DNA from: Trueperaceae bacterium
GTDB taxonomy: Bacteria; Deinococcota; Deinococci; Deinococcales; Trueperaceae
Direction: 5' to 3'
NCBI GenBank assembly: GCA_034521815.1
Contig: JAXHLW010000013.1
Span: 1,024,001-1,088,000, forward strand
DNA: 64,000 bases
Shown here: piece by piece, positions 30,864 through 39,024 of the stretch
How positions within the stretch are numbered: position 1 is the stretch's first letter
Layout: each line of letters opens with the position of its first letter
Made by a program: the position numbers and the translations under genes
The notes under the pieces: generated by a model
What the model saw: the letters and a program-made list of their open reading frames with translations, nothing else
Told to the model about the DNA's origin: nothing
Database searches by the model: none

Positions 30864-32204
30864 ATGGCGCTATCCCGCAAGAAGATCCTGACCACCCTCA
30901 AAGAGCAGAACGTCAGCTTCATGCGCATGCAGTTCACCGACATCCTCGGCCACAACAAGAACGTCGAGGTGCCCGTCTCGCAGTTCGAGAAGGCGGTGGA
31001 CGGCGAGCTGATGTTCGACGGATCGTCGGTGCAGGGCTTCACGCGCATCGAAGAGTCCGACATGCTGCTCAAGCCCGATTTCGATACGTTCCTGATCTTC
31101 CCCGAGATCGTCGAAGGCGTCGGACGCGGCAAGGTCGCGCGGCTGATCTGCGACATCGCCAACCCCGACGGCTCGCCGTTCGAAGGTGACCCTCGCTACG
31201 CGCTGCGGCGCCAGATCGAGCGCCTCCAGGCGCTGGGCTTCGACGACCTGTCGGCGGGACCGGAGCCCGAGTTCTTCATGTTCACGCGCCATCCGGACGG
31301 CTCGCCCACGACGCATACCCACGACGCCGCCGGCTACTTCGATCTGGCGCCCCTGGATCGCGGCGAAGAGGCGCGTCGCGACATGGTGAACGCCCTCGTC
31401 GAGATGGGCTTCGAGATCGAAGCCGCGCACCACGAGGTGGCGCCCGGTCAGCACGAGATCGACTTCAAGTACGGCCCCGCCCTCGCGACGGCCGACAGCA
31501 TCGCCACGTTCCGCTACGTCGTGAAGCGGATCGCGCTCAACCACGGTCTGCACGCCACCTTCATGCCCAAGCCGGTCGCCGGGATCAACGGATCGGGCAT
31601 GCACACCCACATTTCGCTGTTCAAGAACGACAAGAACGCGTTCTTCGACGAGAAGGCCGACCTCCAGCTCAGCACGACCGCCTTGCAGTTCATCGGCGGC
31701 CTGCTGGATCACGCCACCGGCATGGTCGCGATCACGAACCCGACGGTGAACAGCTACAAGCGTTTGACGCCCGGCTACGAGGCGCCGACGAACATCGCCT
31801 GGTCGGCATCGAACCGCAGCGCGATGATCCGGATCCCGGCCCGGCGGGGCGTCGGAACGCGCTGCGAGCTGCGGATGCCCGATCCGACCTGCAACCCGTA
31901 CTTGGCCCTGGCCGTGATGACGGCCGCCGGCCTCGACGGGATCGAGCGCGGGCTCACCCCGCCTCCCGCGATCCAGCGCAACATCTTCGACATGAGCGTA
32001 CGTGACCGGCGCCGCCACAAGATCAAGGAGCTGCCGGGCACGCTGCGCGAAGCGATCGTGGCGTTCGAGAAGGACAAGGTCATGCAGGCCGCCCTCGGCG
32101 AGCACATCGCCGACCAGTTCGTCGATTCCAAGACCGCGGAGTTCGAGGAGTATCGCGTCGCGGTCCACGACTGGGAGCTCGACCACTACCTGTCCGAATA
32201 CTGA
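30864..32204 (+). CDS. glnA: Glutamine synthetase type I
   Basis: [41 protein letters not shown]. Confidence 0.97.
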   Translation: MALSRKKILTTLKEQNVSFMRMQFTDILGHNKNVEVPVSQFEKAVDGELMFDGSSVQGFTRIEESDMLLKPDFDTFLIFPEIVEGVGRGKVARLICDIANPDGSPFEGDPRYALRRQIERLQALGFDDLSAGPEPEFFMFTRHPDGSPTTHTHDAAGYFDLAPLDRGEEARRDMVNALVEMGFEIEAAHHEVAPGQHEIDFKYGPALATADSIATFRYVVKRIALNHGLHATFMPKPVAGINGSGMHTHISLFKNDKNAFFDEKADLQLSTTALQFIGGLLDHATGMVAITNPTVNSYKRLTPGYEAPTNIAWSASNRSAMIRIPARRGVGTRCELRMPDPTCNPYLALAVMTAAGLDGIERGLTPPPAIQRNIFDMSVRDRRRHKIKELPGTLREAIVAFEKDKVMQAALGEHIADQFVDSKTAEFEEYRVAVHDWELDHYLSEY

Positions 32205-32239
32205 GGGACGCCGAGCAGAGCTCGGCTCGAACCCGAACC

Positions 32240-32280
32240 ACGACGATCGGCCGGCCGACGAGCCGGCCGATCGTCGTTTC
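32240..32280 (+). terminator. Intrinsic terminator after glnA
   Basis: ACGACGATCGGCCGGC-N6-GCCGGCCGATCGTCGT followed by TT. Confidence 0.75.
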
Positions 32281-32352
32281 CGTCGCGGCCCAGCGTCTGC
32301 GGCCCAATGGCGCGTCGCCGCGACCCTGTCGCCAGGCGCGCCGTTCCGCTCC

Positions 32353-35300
32353 TCAATCCGGCCGCTCGGCAGGCGTCCACGCCACGAGGCGATCGAATCG
32401 GTAGCCGCTGTCCGCCTCGGCGCGGTCGAGGAGCCGGGCCAGCTGGGCGATCCGGGCTTTCGGCGTGCCGTTCAGGAGCTGGACGGCCAGCCACGCGCCC
32501 CGCCAGGCCGCATACCCTTCGCTGCGGTACCAGCGGACGCCTTCGTGGACGTGCACGCCCAGGACCGTCCGGACGGGCCCCGCCTCGTCCAGCTGCGAGA
32601 GCGTGGACCGCACGGTACGTACCGCCTCGGGGTCCACCTCCGGGTCCACCCCTTGGACGACCTCGGGGCTCGCCGTCGCCGACGTGACGTCGCCGCGCTC
32701 CGTCTCCCGAGGACGGTCGGCGGCTTCGCGGTCGCGGGCGGACGCGCCTGTTTCGGCGGTCTCGGCCGGCCTCGCTGTCGTCCCGGCCGTCTCGCGATCG
32801 GCCGTATCGCGATCGGCCGTATCGCGCGCGCGTCGTGTGGGCAGCGACTCGAGCCAAAGCGTGGCCCATCCTTCGGCGCTCACGCCCAGCGGCTCGTCCC
32901 GAACCAAGCGGCTCGCGACGGCCCGGTCCAGCCGTAGGCGCCGAGCCGCATCGGCCGGGCGCTCGAACGACGCGGCGACGGCCCAGGCGCGGCGCCAGGC
33001 CGCTCCCGGCGCCTCGGCGTCCGCCGGTACACGTGTCCACATCGTCCGCAACCGGTCTTCATCGAGGAGAAGGTCGTCGGCGACCTCGCGCGCAGCTCGC
33101 TGGAACGCCTCCAGGTCGCGGCTCGAGGGCAGGCCGGAAGGCGGCGCCGTCGCGGGCGACACGGCGTCGCTGCTCGACGCGACGGCCCGTTCCGACGCCG
33201 GCTCCCTAGGGTCGGCCTGCCCGGACTGGACCTGGCCACGCTCGGCAGGCGCCGACTCCGTGGGTGCCGACTCCGTCGGCGCCGACTGGGTGGGCGCCGA
33301 CGTGGCCGGCGTCGACTCGGTCGACGTATCAGGCGAGGTCGGACCCGTGGGCCGGACCGCACCGGAACTCTCGCTGGCCAGCGACGCGAACGCGCGATGG
33401 AGCGGAGCGAGCGCCAGCTCGTGCATCGCATCGTCCAGGTCGGGCACGCCGCGCCCGTCCAAGTGGCCGAACAGCCGTTCCCAGCTGCCGTCCGTGTCGC
33501 GGATCTCGCGGACGTCCAGCAGCACACGGCACTGGTACGCACCGAGGTGGACCGAAAGACCTTCATCCCGCCAAGCGTCCGATCGTGCGAGGTGCTCGTC
33601 ACCGCTCGCGAGCTCGCGGTAGCGCACGAAACGGTCGACGCCCCCACGCAGGCCCAACGCGTCCCCGAGGCGCTGGCGGTGCGTTCCCCCGCCAGCCTGA
33701 TCGGAAAACGGCACCGTCTGGCGGATCGTGCCGTGGGCCTCGCCGAAGCGGTTGTGGTAGAGCACCAGGTTGGCAGGCCCGCCGTGCTCGCCGTTCGCGT
33801 ACGCGAACAGATCGTGGACCGGTCCGTGCGAGCCATCGACCTCGAACAGCCGGAAGCGATCCGTGCCGGCGAACGCCGGACGGCGCTCCAGCAGGGGCGC
33901 GATCTGGGCTCGGTGCCGGGCCACCATGCCGGGCTCGGGGCGCTCGTCGAGCTTCGCCCGGCGGTACTCCATGCCGTACTTCTCGCGGAGCCCCTCGACC
34001 TGGCCGTGTCCGAACATCGGAAGCCCGGGCAGCGTGGCCATGAGCGTGGCGACGCCGTACGCCTTGTCGCCGTCGCCGAACTGCGCGATCGTGGTCTCCT
34101 CGTCGGGGTTGTTCATGAAGTTCACGAACCGGCCCAGAATCTGCGGATCGAACTCGAGCACGTTCCGCATCAGCGACTGGTAGTCCTCGTTCGCCTCGCG
34201 CGCGAGCATGTTCATGAACGCGCTGTTGTAGACGCGGTGCATCCCCAGCGTCCGGACGAAATACCCTTCCATCATCCAGAACGCCTCGGCCAGCAGCAGC
34301 GTGTCCGGGGCCTCCTCGGCGACCCGATCGACGACTTCGCGCCAGAACTCGACCGGCATGCGACGATCGAACTCCTCGTCCGAGATCGAGCCGTAGGCGC
34401 TGCGCGAGGGAATCGCGCCGCCGTGACCGGGCGGCGGGTACCAGAGTCGCTGCACGTGCTGCTTGGCCAACGTCATCGCCGCGTCGAAACGGATGATCGG
34501 GAACCTGCGCGCCACGTCCAGGATCACGTCGATCACGGCCCGGCGCGCCTCGGCGTTCAGGTAGTCGATCTGGGCGGTGTCGTTCCACGGCATCGTGGTG
34601 CCGTCGTTGCCGTGGTAGACGTAGCGCCGCTCGCCGGTCGCGCGCTCCACGCGCTCGAACACGACCGCGGCGTCGCGCGACTCCCAGTACCCGTCCTCGA
34701 TCCGGACCTCGATGGCATCGTCGCCCGACAGGTCGGGGCCCGTGAACGTGTAGCCAGGATAGGGCGGCTGCGGCAGGCTCAGGAACCGGTCGGGGTGCTC
34801 CACCACCCAGCGGCCGTCGATGCCGACGTGGTTGGGCACCATGTCGGCCGCGAGTCGGATTCCGTGACGCCAGGCTCGGTCGCGCAGGTTCCGCCAGGCA
34901 TCGTCGCCACCGAGATCCACAGCGATCTGGTAGTCGTACAGCGCGTACGCGCTGGCGACGGCGTCCGCCTGCCCGCGGAGCCTCTTGATGCGGGCCGACG
35001 CTTCGCTGCGCTCCCACAGGCCGATCAGCCAGAGTCCCGTGAACCCGTGCGAACGAAGGTCGGCCAGCGCCTCGTCGGGCACGTCGTCGAGCCGTCGCAC
35101 CTCCCGGCCGGACCAGCGGGACAGCTGATCGAGCCACACGTAGGCGTTCTTCGCCACCAGGACGACGCTGGGCATCCAATCCGCGTCGGGGCTGTACGCC
35201 TCCGGCTCGTCCCGGCCGCGCGACAGGGACGCACGATCGAGGACCGGCGCCGGACCGGGCGGTCCGGGCGCCCCGCCGGCACGCAGCTCGCTCAACATGT

Positions 35301-36075
35301 CCAGCGACCGCGCCAGCTGCGCGAGCAGCGCCTCGAAGCCGGCTCCCAGCCGCGGTCCCCAGTGGTCGCGGACGTACTGGAGCTGACCTTCGAGCGAGGT
35401 GGGGCTCGCGCGCATCGGGGCCTGCAGCAGCGACCACAGGTCGCCTGACTCGGGCACGTCCGGCAGGCCGGGGAGCGAGGCCAGCTTGCGCTCCATCGCG
35501 TCCGTCACGGCGGCGTCGTCGTCACCGAGCGCACGATCGTCCACCAGCTCACGGAATCGCTCCAGCGCGGGGTTCTCGTTGGCGAGCCTGACGGCGATGC
35601 GCTCCTCGAGCGCGACCTCGCCGCTCGGGATCGCGTCGACCGACCCGGCCAGCCACGTCTCGACCGTGGCGTTCCCCTGCATCACGTCGGCCGGCGGAAA
35701 CGCAGCGACGAACGCCCGCTTCGCCGCGCTCAGCCTCTTCGCCCCCAGCCGCTCGGTGAGCTCGGCGTCCAGTCGAGAGGTCCAGCCTGGATCGTGCTCC
35801 CGCCGATACGCGTTCAACATCAGATGGATCGCCTCGTCGAGGAGTCCCGCCGCGACGATCTCGGCGCCCGAGACCGCAGCCTCGGGGAAGCGGCGCGTAT
35901 CGCGCCCTTCGTTCATGCGGGCGGCCATCCGCTCGGCGGCAGCGGGGTCGGCGACGAGCACGCGACCTCGCAGGTCGACGAGCGAAGCCTCGACGCCGTA
36001 GCGACGCCTAGCCGCCAGCGTGACGTGAAAGTCGCGCCTCAAGCGGACGCCGTCCGGAAGCTCGAGGATGATCAT
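32353..36075 (-). CDS. Large cytoplasmic alpha-amylase family (GH13) glycoside hydrolase, about 1240 aa
   Basis: DMVPNH, RFDAAM (nucleophile), LAEAFW (acid/base), NNPDE; AGGAG SD before ATG 36075; no signal peptide. Confidence 0.88.
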   Translation of the reverse strand: MIILELPDGVRLRRDFHVTLAARRRYGVEASLVDLRGRVLVADPAAAERMAARMNEGRDTRRFPEAAVSGAEIVAAGLLDEAIHLMLNAYRREHDPGWTSRLDAELTERLGAKRLSAAKRAFVAAFPPADVMQGNATVETWLAGSVDAIPSGEVALEERIAVRLANENPALERFRELVDDRALGDDDAAVTDAMERKLASLPGLPDVPESGDLWSLLQAPMRASPTSLEGQLQYVRDHWGPRLGAGFEALLAQLARSLDMLSELRAGGAPGPPGPAPVLDRASLSRGRDEPEAYSPDADWMPSVVLVAKNAYVWLDQLSRWSGREVRRLDDVPDEALADLRSHGFTGLWLIGLWERSEASARIKRLRGQADAVASAYALYDYQIAVDLGGDDAWRNLRDRAWRHGIRLAADMVPNHVGIDGRWVVEHPDRFLSLPQPPYPGYTFTGPDLSGDDAIEVRIEDGYWESRDAAVVFERVERATGERRYVYHGNDGTTMPWNDTAQIDYLNAEARRAVIDVILDVARRFPIIRFDAAMTLAKQHVQRLWYPPPGHGGAIPSRSAYGSISDEEFDRRMPVEFWREVVDRVAEEAPDTLLLAEAFWMMEGYFVRTLGMHRVYNSAFMNMLAREANEDYQSLMRNVLEFDPQILGRFVNFMNNPDEETTIAQFGDGDKAYGVATLMATLPGLPMFGHGQVEGLREKYGMEYRRAKLDERPEPGMVARHRAQIAPLLERRPAFAGTDRFRLFEVDGSHGPVHDLFAYANGEHGGPANLVLYHNRFGEAHGTIRQTVPFSDQAGGGTHRQRLGDALGLRGGVDRFVRYRELASGDEHLARSDAWRDEGLSVHLGAYQCRVLLDVREIRDTDGSWERLFGHLDGRGVPDLDDAMHELALAPLHRAFASLASESSGAVRPTGPTSPDTSTESTPATSAPTQSAPTESAPTESAPAERGQVQSGQADPREPASERAVASSSDAVSPATAPPSGLPSSRDLEAFQRAAREVADDLLLDEDRLRTMWTRVPADAEAPGAAWRRAWAVAASFERPADAARRLRLDRAVASRLVRDEPLGVSAEGWATLWLESLPTRRARDTADRDTADRETAGTTARPAETAETGASARDREAADRPRETERGDVTSATASPEVVQGVDPEVDPEAVRTVRSTLSQLDEAGPVRTVLGVHVHEGVRWYRSEGYAAWRGAWLAVQLLNGTPKARIAQLARLLDRAEADSGYRFDRLVAWTPAERPD

Positions 36076-36222
36076 GGCGGTCTCCTGCGTCTGCACGAGG
36101 CGGCACCGCCTCGCGACGGGTACGGTAAGGGATACTGATCCGACGGTACCACGGCGGGTCCAGCCGCTTCGGGGACCGCTCCGTGCCCGTCCGTACGACC
36201 CGTCCGTACGAAGGGAGCTCGC

Positions 36223-37149
36223 ATGCCTCCGTGGAAGCGATTTCGTGCACGATCCCGTGAGCGACGCAGCGCCGCACGGCTCACCGCCGTCGCGATGGTG
36301 CTGGCGCTGCTCGCGGCCTGCGGCGGCGAGGCCCCCCTTCCCGGCGATCCTCTGCGGATCGCCAGCGCTCGTCTGTCGGATCCGGTCCTCGGCGAGCCGT
36401 ACCGCGCCGACGTCGTCGCGGTCGGCGGCTTGCGGCCGTACGACCTCAGACTCGAGGAGGGGACCCTTCCACCCGGGATCGCGCTGCAGAGCGGCGTGCT
36501 GGTCGGAACGCCCACCGAGCTGGGCCGGTTCGAGTTCACCATCGCCGTGTCGGACGCGAATCTCGCGTCCACGTTCGAGACGTTCACGCTGTCCGTTCGC
36601 GACGTGCCCGTCCCGCGGCTACAGCTGGCCGTGCCGGACACGGAGGTGCGCGATACGACGGTCCTTCGTGGCCGCATCGAGGACGCCCGGAAGTTGCGCG
36701 CCGTTCGGCTCCGCCTCCGCTGGGGCGACCTCGGTCTGACGCTGCCCGACGACGCGGTCAGCGCGTCACGATCGGACGTCGCCCTGTTCTGGGAGCCCCT
36801 TCCGGACGGCGTCGCGATCGACCTCGCCGTCCTGGGCGAGCCGTACACCGGCTCGGGAGAGCTGTTCCAGCTCGCGGTGACCACCGACGAAGCCACGCGT
36901 CTCGGCTTCGACATGACCGTCGAGATGCTCTACAGCGATCGCCACACCTACGACACGCGACGCCTCGGCGGATCGCCCGGCCCGGCGAATCCTGTCGCCG
37001 ACGCCGAAGACGGCGGAGCGATCCCCGACGACGACGCCCCCGGCGAGACGACGACCGATCCGAACGATGAGGATCCGAACGATCAGGATCCGAACGATGG
37101 CGACACGAGCGATCCCGAGACGGGCGATTCCGAGACGGGGACGCCGTGA
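36223..37149 (+). CDS. Lipoprotein with putative Ig domain, cohesin-like domain and acidic tail
   Basis: Lipobox LAAC; Ig-like GGLRPY...LPPGIAL..GVLVGTP..GRFEFTIAVSDA; cohesin-like beta pattern; DPND repeats. Confidence 0.75.
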   Translation: MPPWKRFRARSRERRSAARLTAVAMVLALLAACGGEAPLPGDPLRIASARLSDPVLGEPYRADVVAVGGLRPYDLRLEEGTLPPGIALQSGVLVGTPTELGRFEFTIAVSDANLASTFETFTLSVRDVPVPRLQLAVPDTEVRDTTVLRGRIEDARKLRAVRLRLRWGDLGLTLPDDAVSASRSDVALFWEPLPDGVAIDLAVLGEPYTGSGELFQLAVTTDEATRLGFDMTVEMLYSDRHTYDTRRLGGSPGPANPVADAEDGGAIPDDDAPGETTTDPNDEDPNDQDPNDGDTSDPETGDSETGTP

Positions 37150-38563
37150 GACGCGTCTCGATCCGTCGCTACGTCCTCGCGCTGGCGTGCGCGCTGGTCG
37201 CGCAGGGGACCGCGACCTCCGTCCTCGAGCGATCGCTCGCGGAGATCTTCTCGCGTGCCGACGTCGTCGTGTACGGCGAGGTGGTCGCGACCGACACCGA
37301 GGTCGTCGACGACCAGATCCGCACCCGCGTCGAGATCGAGGTCGAGCGCGACATGGGCGGTGCCGGCGATGGAACCGGTGGCGACGCCGTCGATGGACCC
37401 GCCGGCGAACCCGGGGACGACGTCCGCACCATGACGTTTCTCGCGGGCCAAACACCCTCGGGCCGCACGACCGTGGTGGACGACGTTCCCCTTCTGGCCC
37501 GAGGCGACCGAATCCTCGTGGCCTGGTATCGCGACGAAGGTCTGGTGAGCCCGATCGTCGGGGTGTGGCAGGGACTGTGGCGTCTCAGCGAGAACGGCCT
37601 GGTGGACCTGAACGGACGCGTTCTGGGCGTGGACGACGGATCGATCACGCTCGGGGGCGTCGAGCGCGACGTCGCCACGGTCCTCGACGCGATCGAGGCG
37701 GCGCTGGGCGACAGCGACGAGGTGCGGCTGGACGACCGGGTCTCCATCAGCGACCGAGACGCTTCGGAGGACGCCGCGCCGGACGCTTGGACGCCGCGCC
37801 GGACGCCTCGGCGGACACCGATCCGAACACCGAAGCCGACGTCGCGGAGGACGCCCCGCTCGAGGGCGCGTCGGACGCCGCCGAGCCCGTGACGCCTGTC
37901 GCGGAGGCGACGGCCGCTGACGAACCGGCCGCTTCGTTCGAGCTGCGATTGGACGTGCCCGACGACGCCGCGCTTCGCTCGGCGCTCGACGACGCGGTCG
38001 AGAGCTGGAACGACGTCGGCGTTCCGCTGCGTCTCGTCGTGGACGACGAGGCGCCGGATCGCGTCACGATCGGCTCGCTCGCGGCGTTCGGATCGGACGC
38101 GCTGGCGTATTCGCAGCGCGTGGACGGTCGCGAAGGCGTCGAGCTGCTGCTGCGCCCCGGACCGGAAGGGCGACGCGTGGACGTGCTGGCGCGAGAGCTG
38201 GGGCGCTGGGTCGGACTGCCCGACGGTACGAGGGCCGGCCCCGACCGCGCGGAGTCCACGAACGCCTTGCGATCAGGGACGTTTCCCCCCAGCGACCTGC
38301 TTCGCCTCGACGCGGACGACGCGGCGGCGCTGCTGGAGGCCCGGAGCGGTCGGCCGGAGGATCAGAACGGCGACGGGGTCGTCGACCTGTACGATCTGGC
38401 CCTGCTCGCGGAGGCGTACGGATCGGTCGGAACGCGTCTGCAGGCGGACCTCGACGGCTCGGGCCGGGTGGACGACGCCGACCTCGACCTTCTCGAAGAG
38501 GCGTACGAGTTCCTGCCGCCGTCGCGTGACGACCCTAGCGAACGAGGATCGGCACAGAACTGA
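37146..38563 (+). CDS. Secreted protein: OB/TIMP-like domain, degenerate zincin domain and C-terminal dockerin (frameshift at about 37788)
   Basis: GTGA overlap; signal peptide; RELGRWVGL; paired DQNGDGVVDLYDL and DLDGSGRVDDADL; frame switch inside a direct repeat. Confidence 0.72.
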
Positions 38564-38591
38564 TCCTGCGCAGGACCGATCCTGCGCAGGA
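38564..38591. repeat. Two copies of the palindrome TCCTGCGCAGGA between convergent genes
   Basis: Copies at 38564-38575 and 38580-38591; can pair as a hairpin. Confidence 0.7.
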
Positions 38592-38614
38592 CGGCCTCGC
38601 GCACGATCGATCGC

Positions 38615-38902
38615 TCAGCCGGCAGCGACCCCGTCGATGGCCCGCGCGAGGTCGACGTCCTTGGCCGTGATGCCGTCCGCATCGTGCGTCGTGAGGTCGA
38701 TGGTGACACGGTCGTAGACGTTCGAGAGCTCGGGATGATGCCCCTGCTTCTCGGCCTCGATGCCGACACGGACCAGGAACGCGAGCGCTTCGGGAAAGCC
38801 TCCGAAACGCATCGACCTGTGAAGCTTGCCGTTCTCGACGGTCCAACCGGAGAGCGACTCGAGCGCGGTGCGAATGGCGTCGTCGTTCAGTGCCTCGGAC
38901 AT
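38615..38902 (-). CDS. phhB: Pterin-4-alpha-carbinolamine dehydratase
   Basis: AEKQGHHPE, LTTHDADGITAKD; AGGAGG SD. Confidence 0.92.
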   Translation of the reverse strand: MSEALNDDAIRTALESLSGWTVENGKLHRSMRFGGFPEALAFLVRVGIEAEKQGHHPELSNVYDRVTIDLTTHDADGITAKDVDLARAIDGVAAG

Positions 38903-38943
38903 GGGCACCTCCTGCTGCGAGCGTGTCAGACGAGCCGAGGGCA

Positions 38944-38990
38944 GCACGTAGGGCCGGGCACGTAGGGCCCGGCACGTAGGGCCGGGCACG
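38944..38990. repeat. Intergenic 14-bp tandem repeat (GCACGTAGGGCCSG) x3.4
   Basis: Read directly at 38944, 38958, 38972 and partial at 38986. Confidence 0.85.
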
Positions 38991-39024
38991 GAGGCGCCGG
39001 AATCGCGCGCGCCCGGACGGGCGC

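Noticed and set aside
32353-38563. A true amylosome with the GH13 enzyme docked on the cohesin
   Set aside because: The GH13 protein has neither a signal peptide nor a dockerin
38944-38990. Repeats as a possible CRISPR array or iterons
   Set aside because: Units abut with no unique spacers, and no cas or rep gene is nearby
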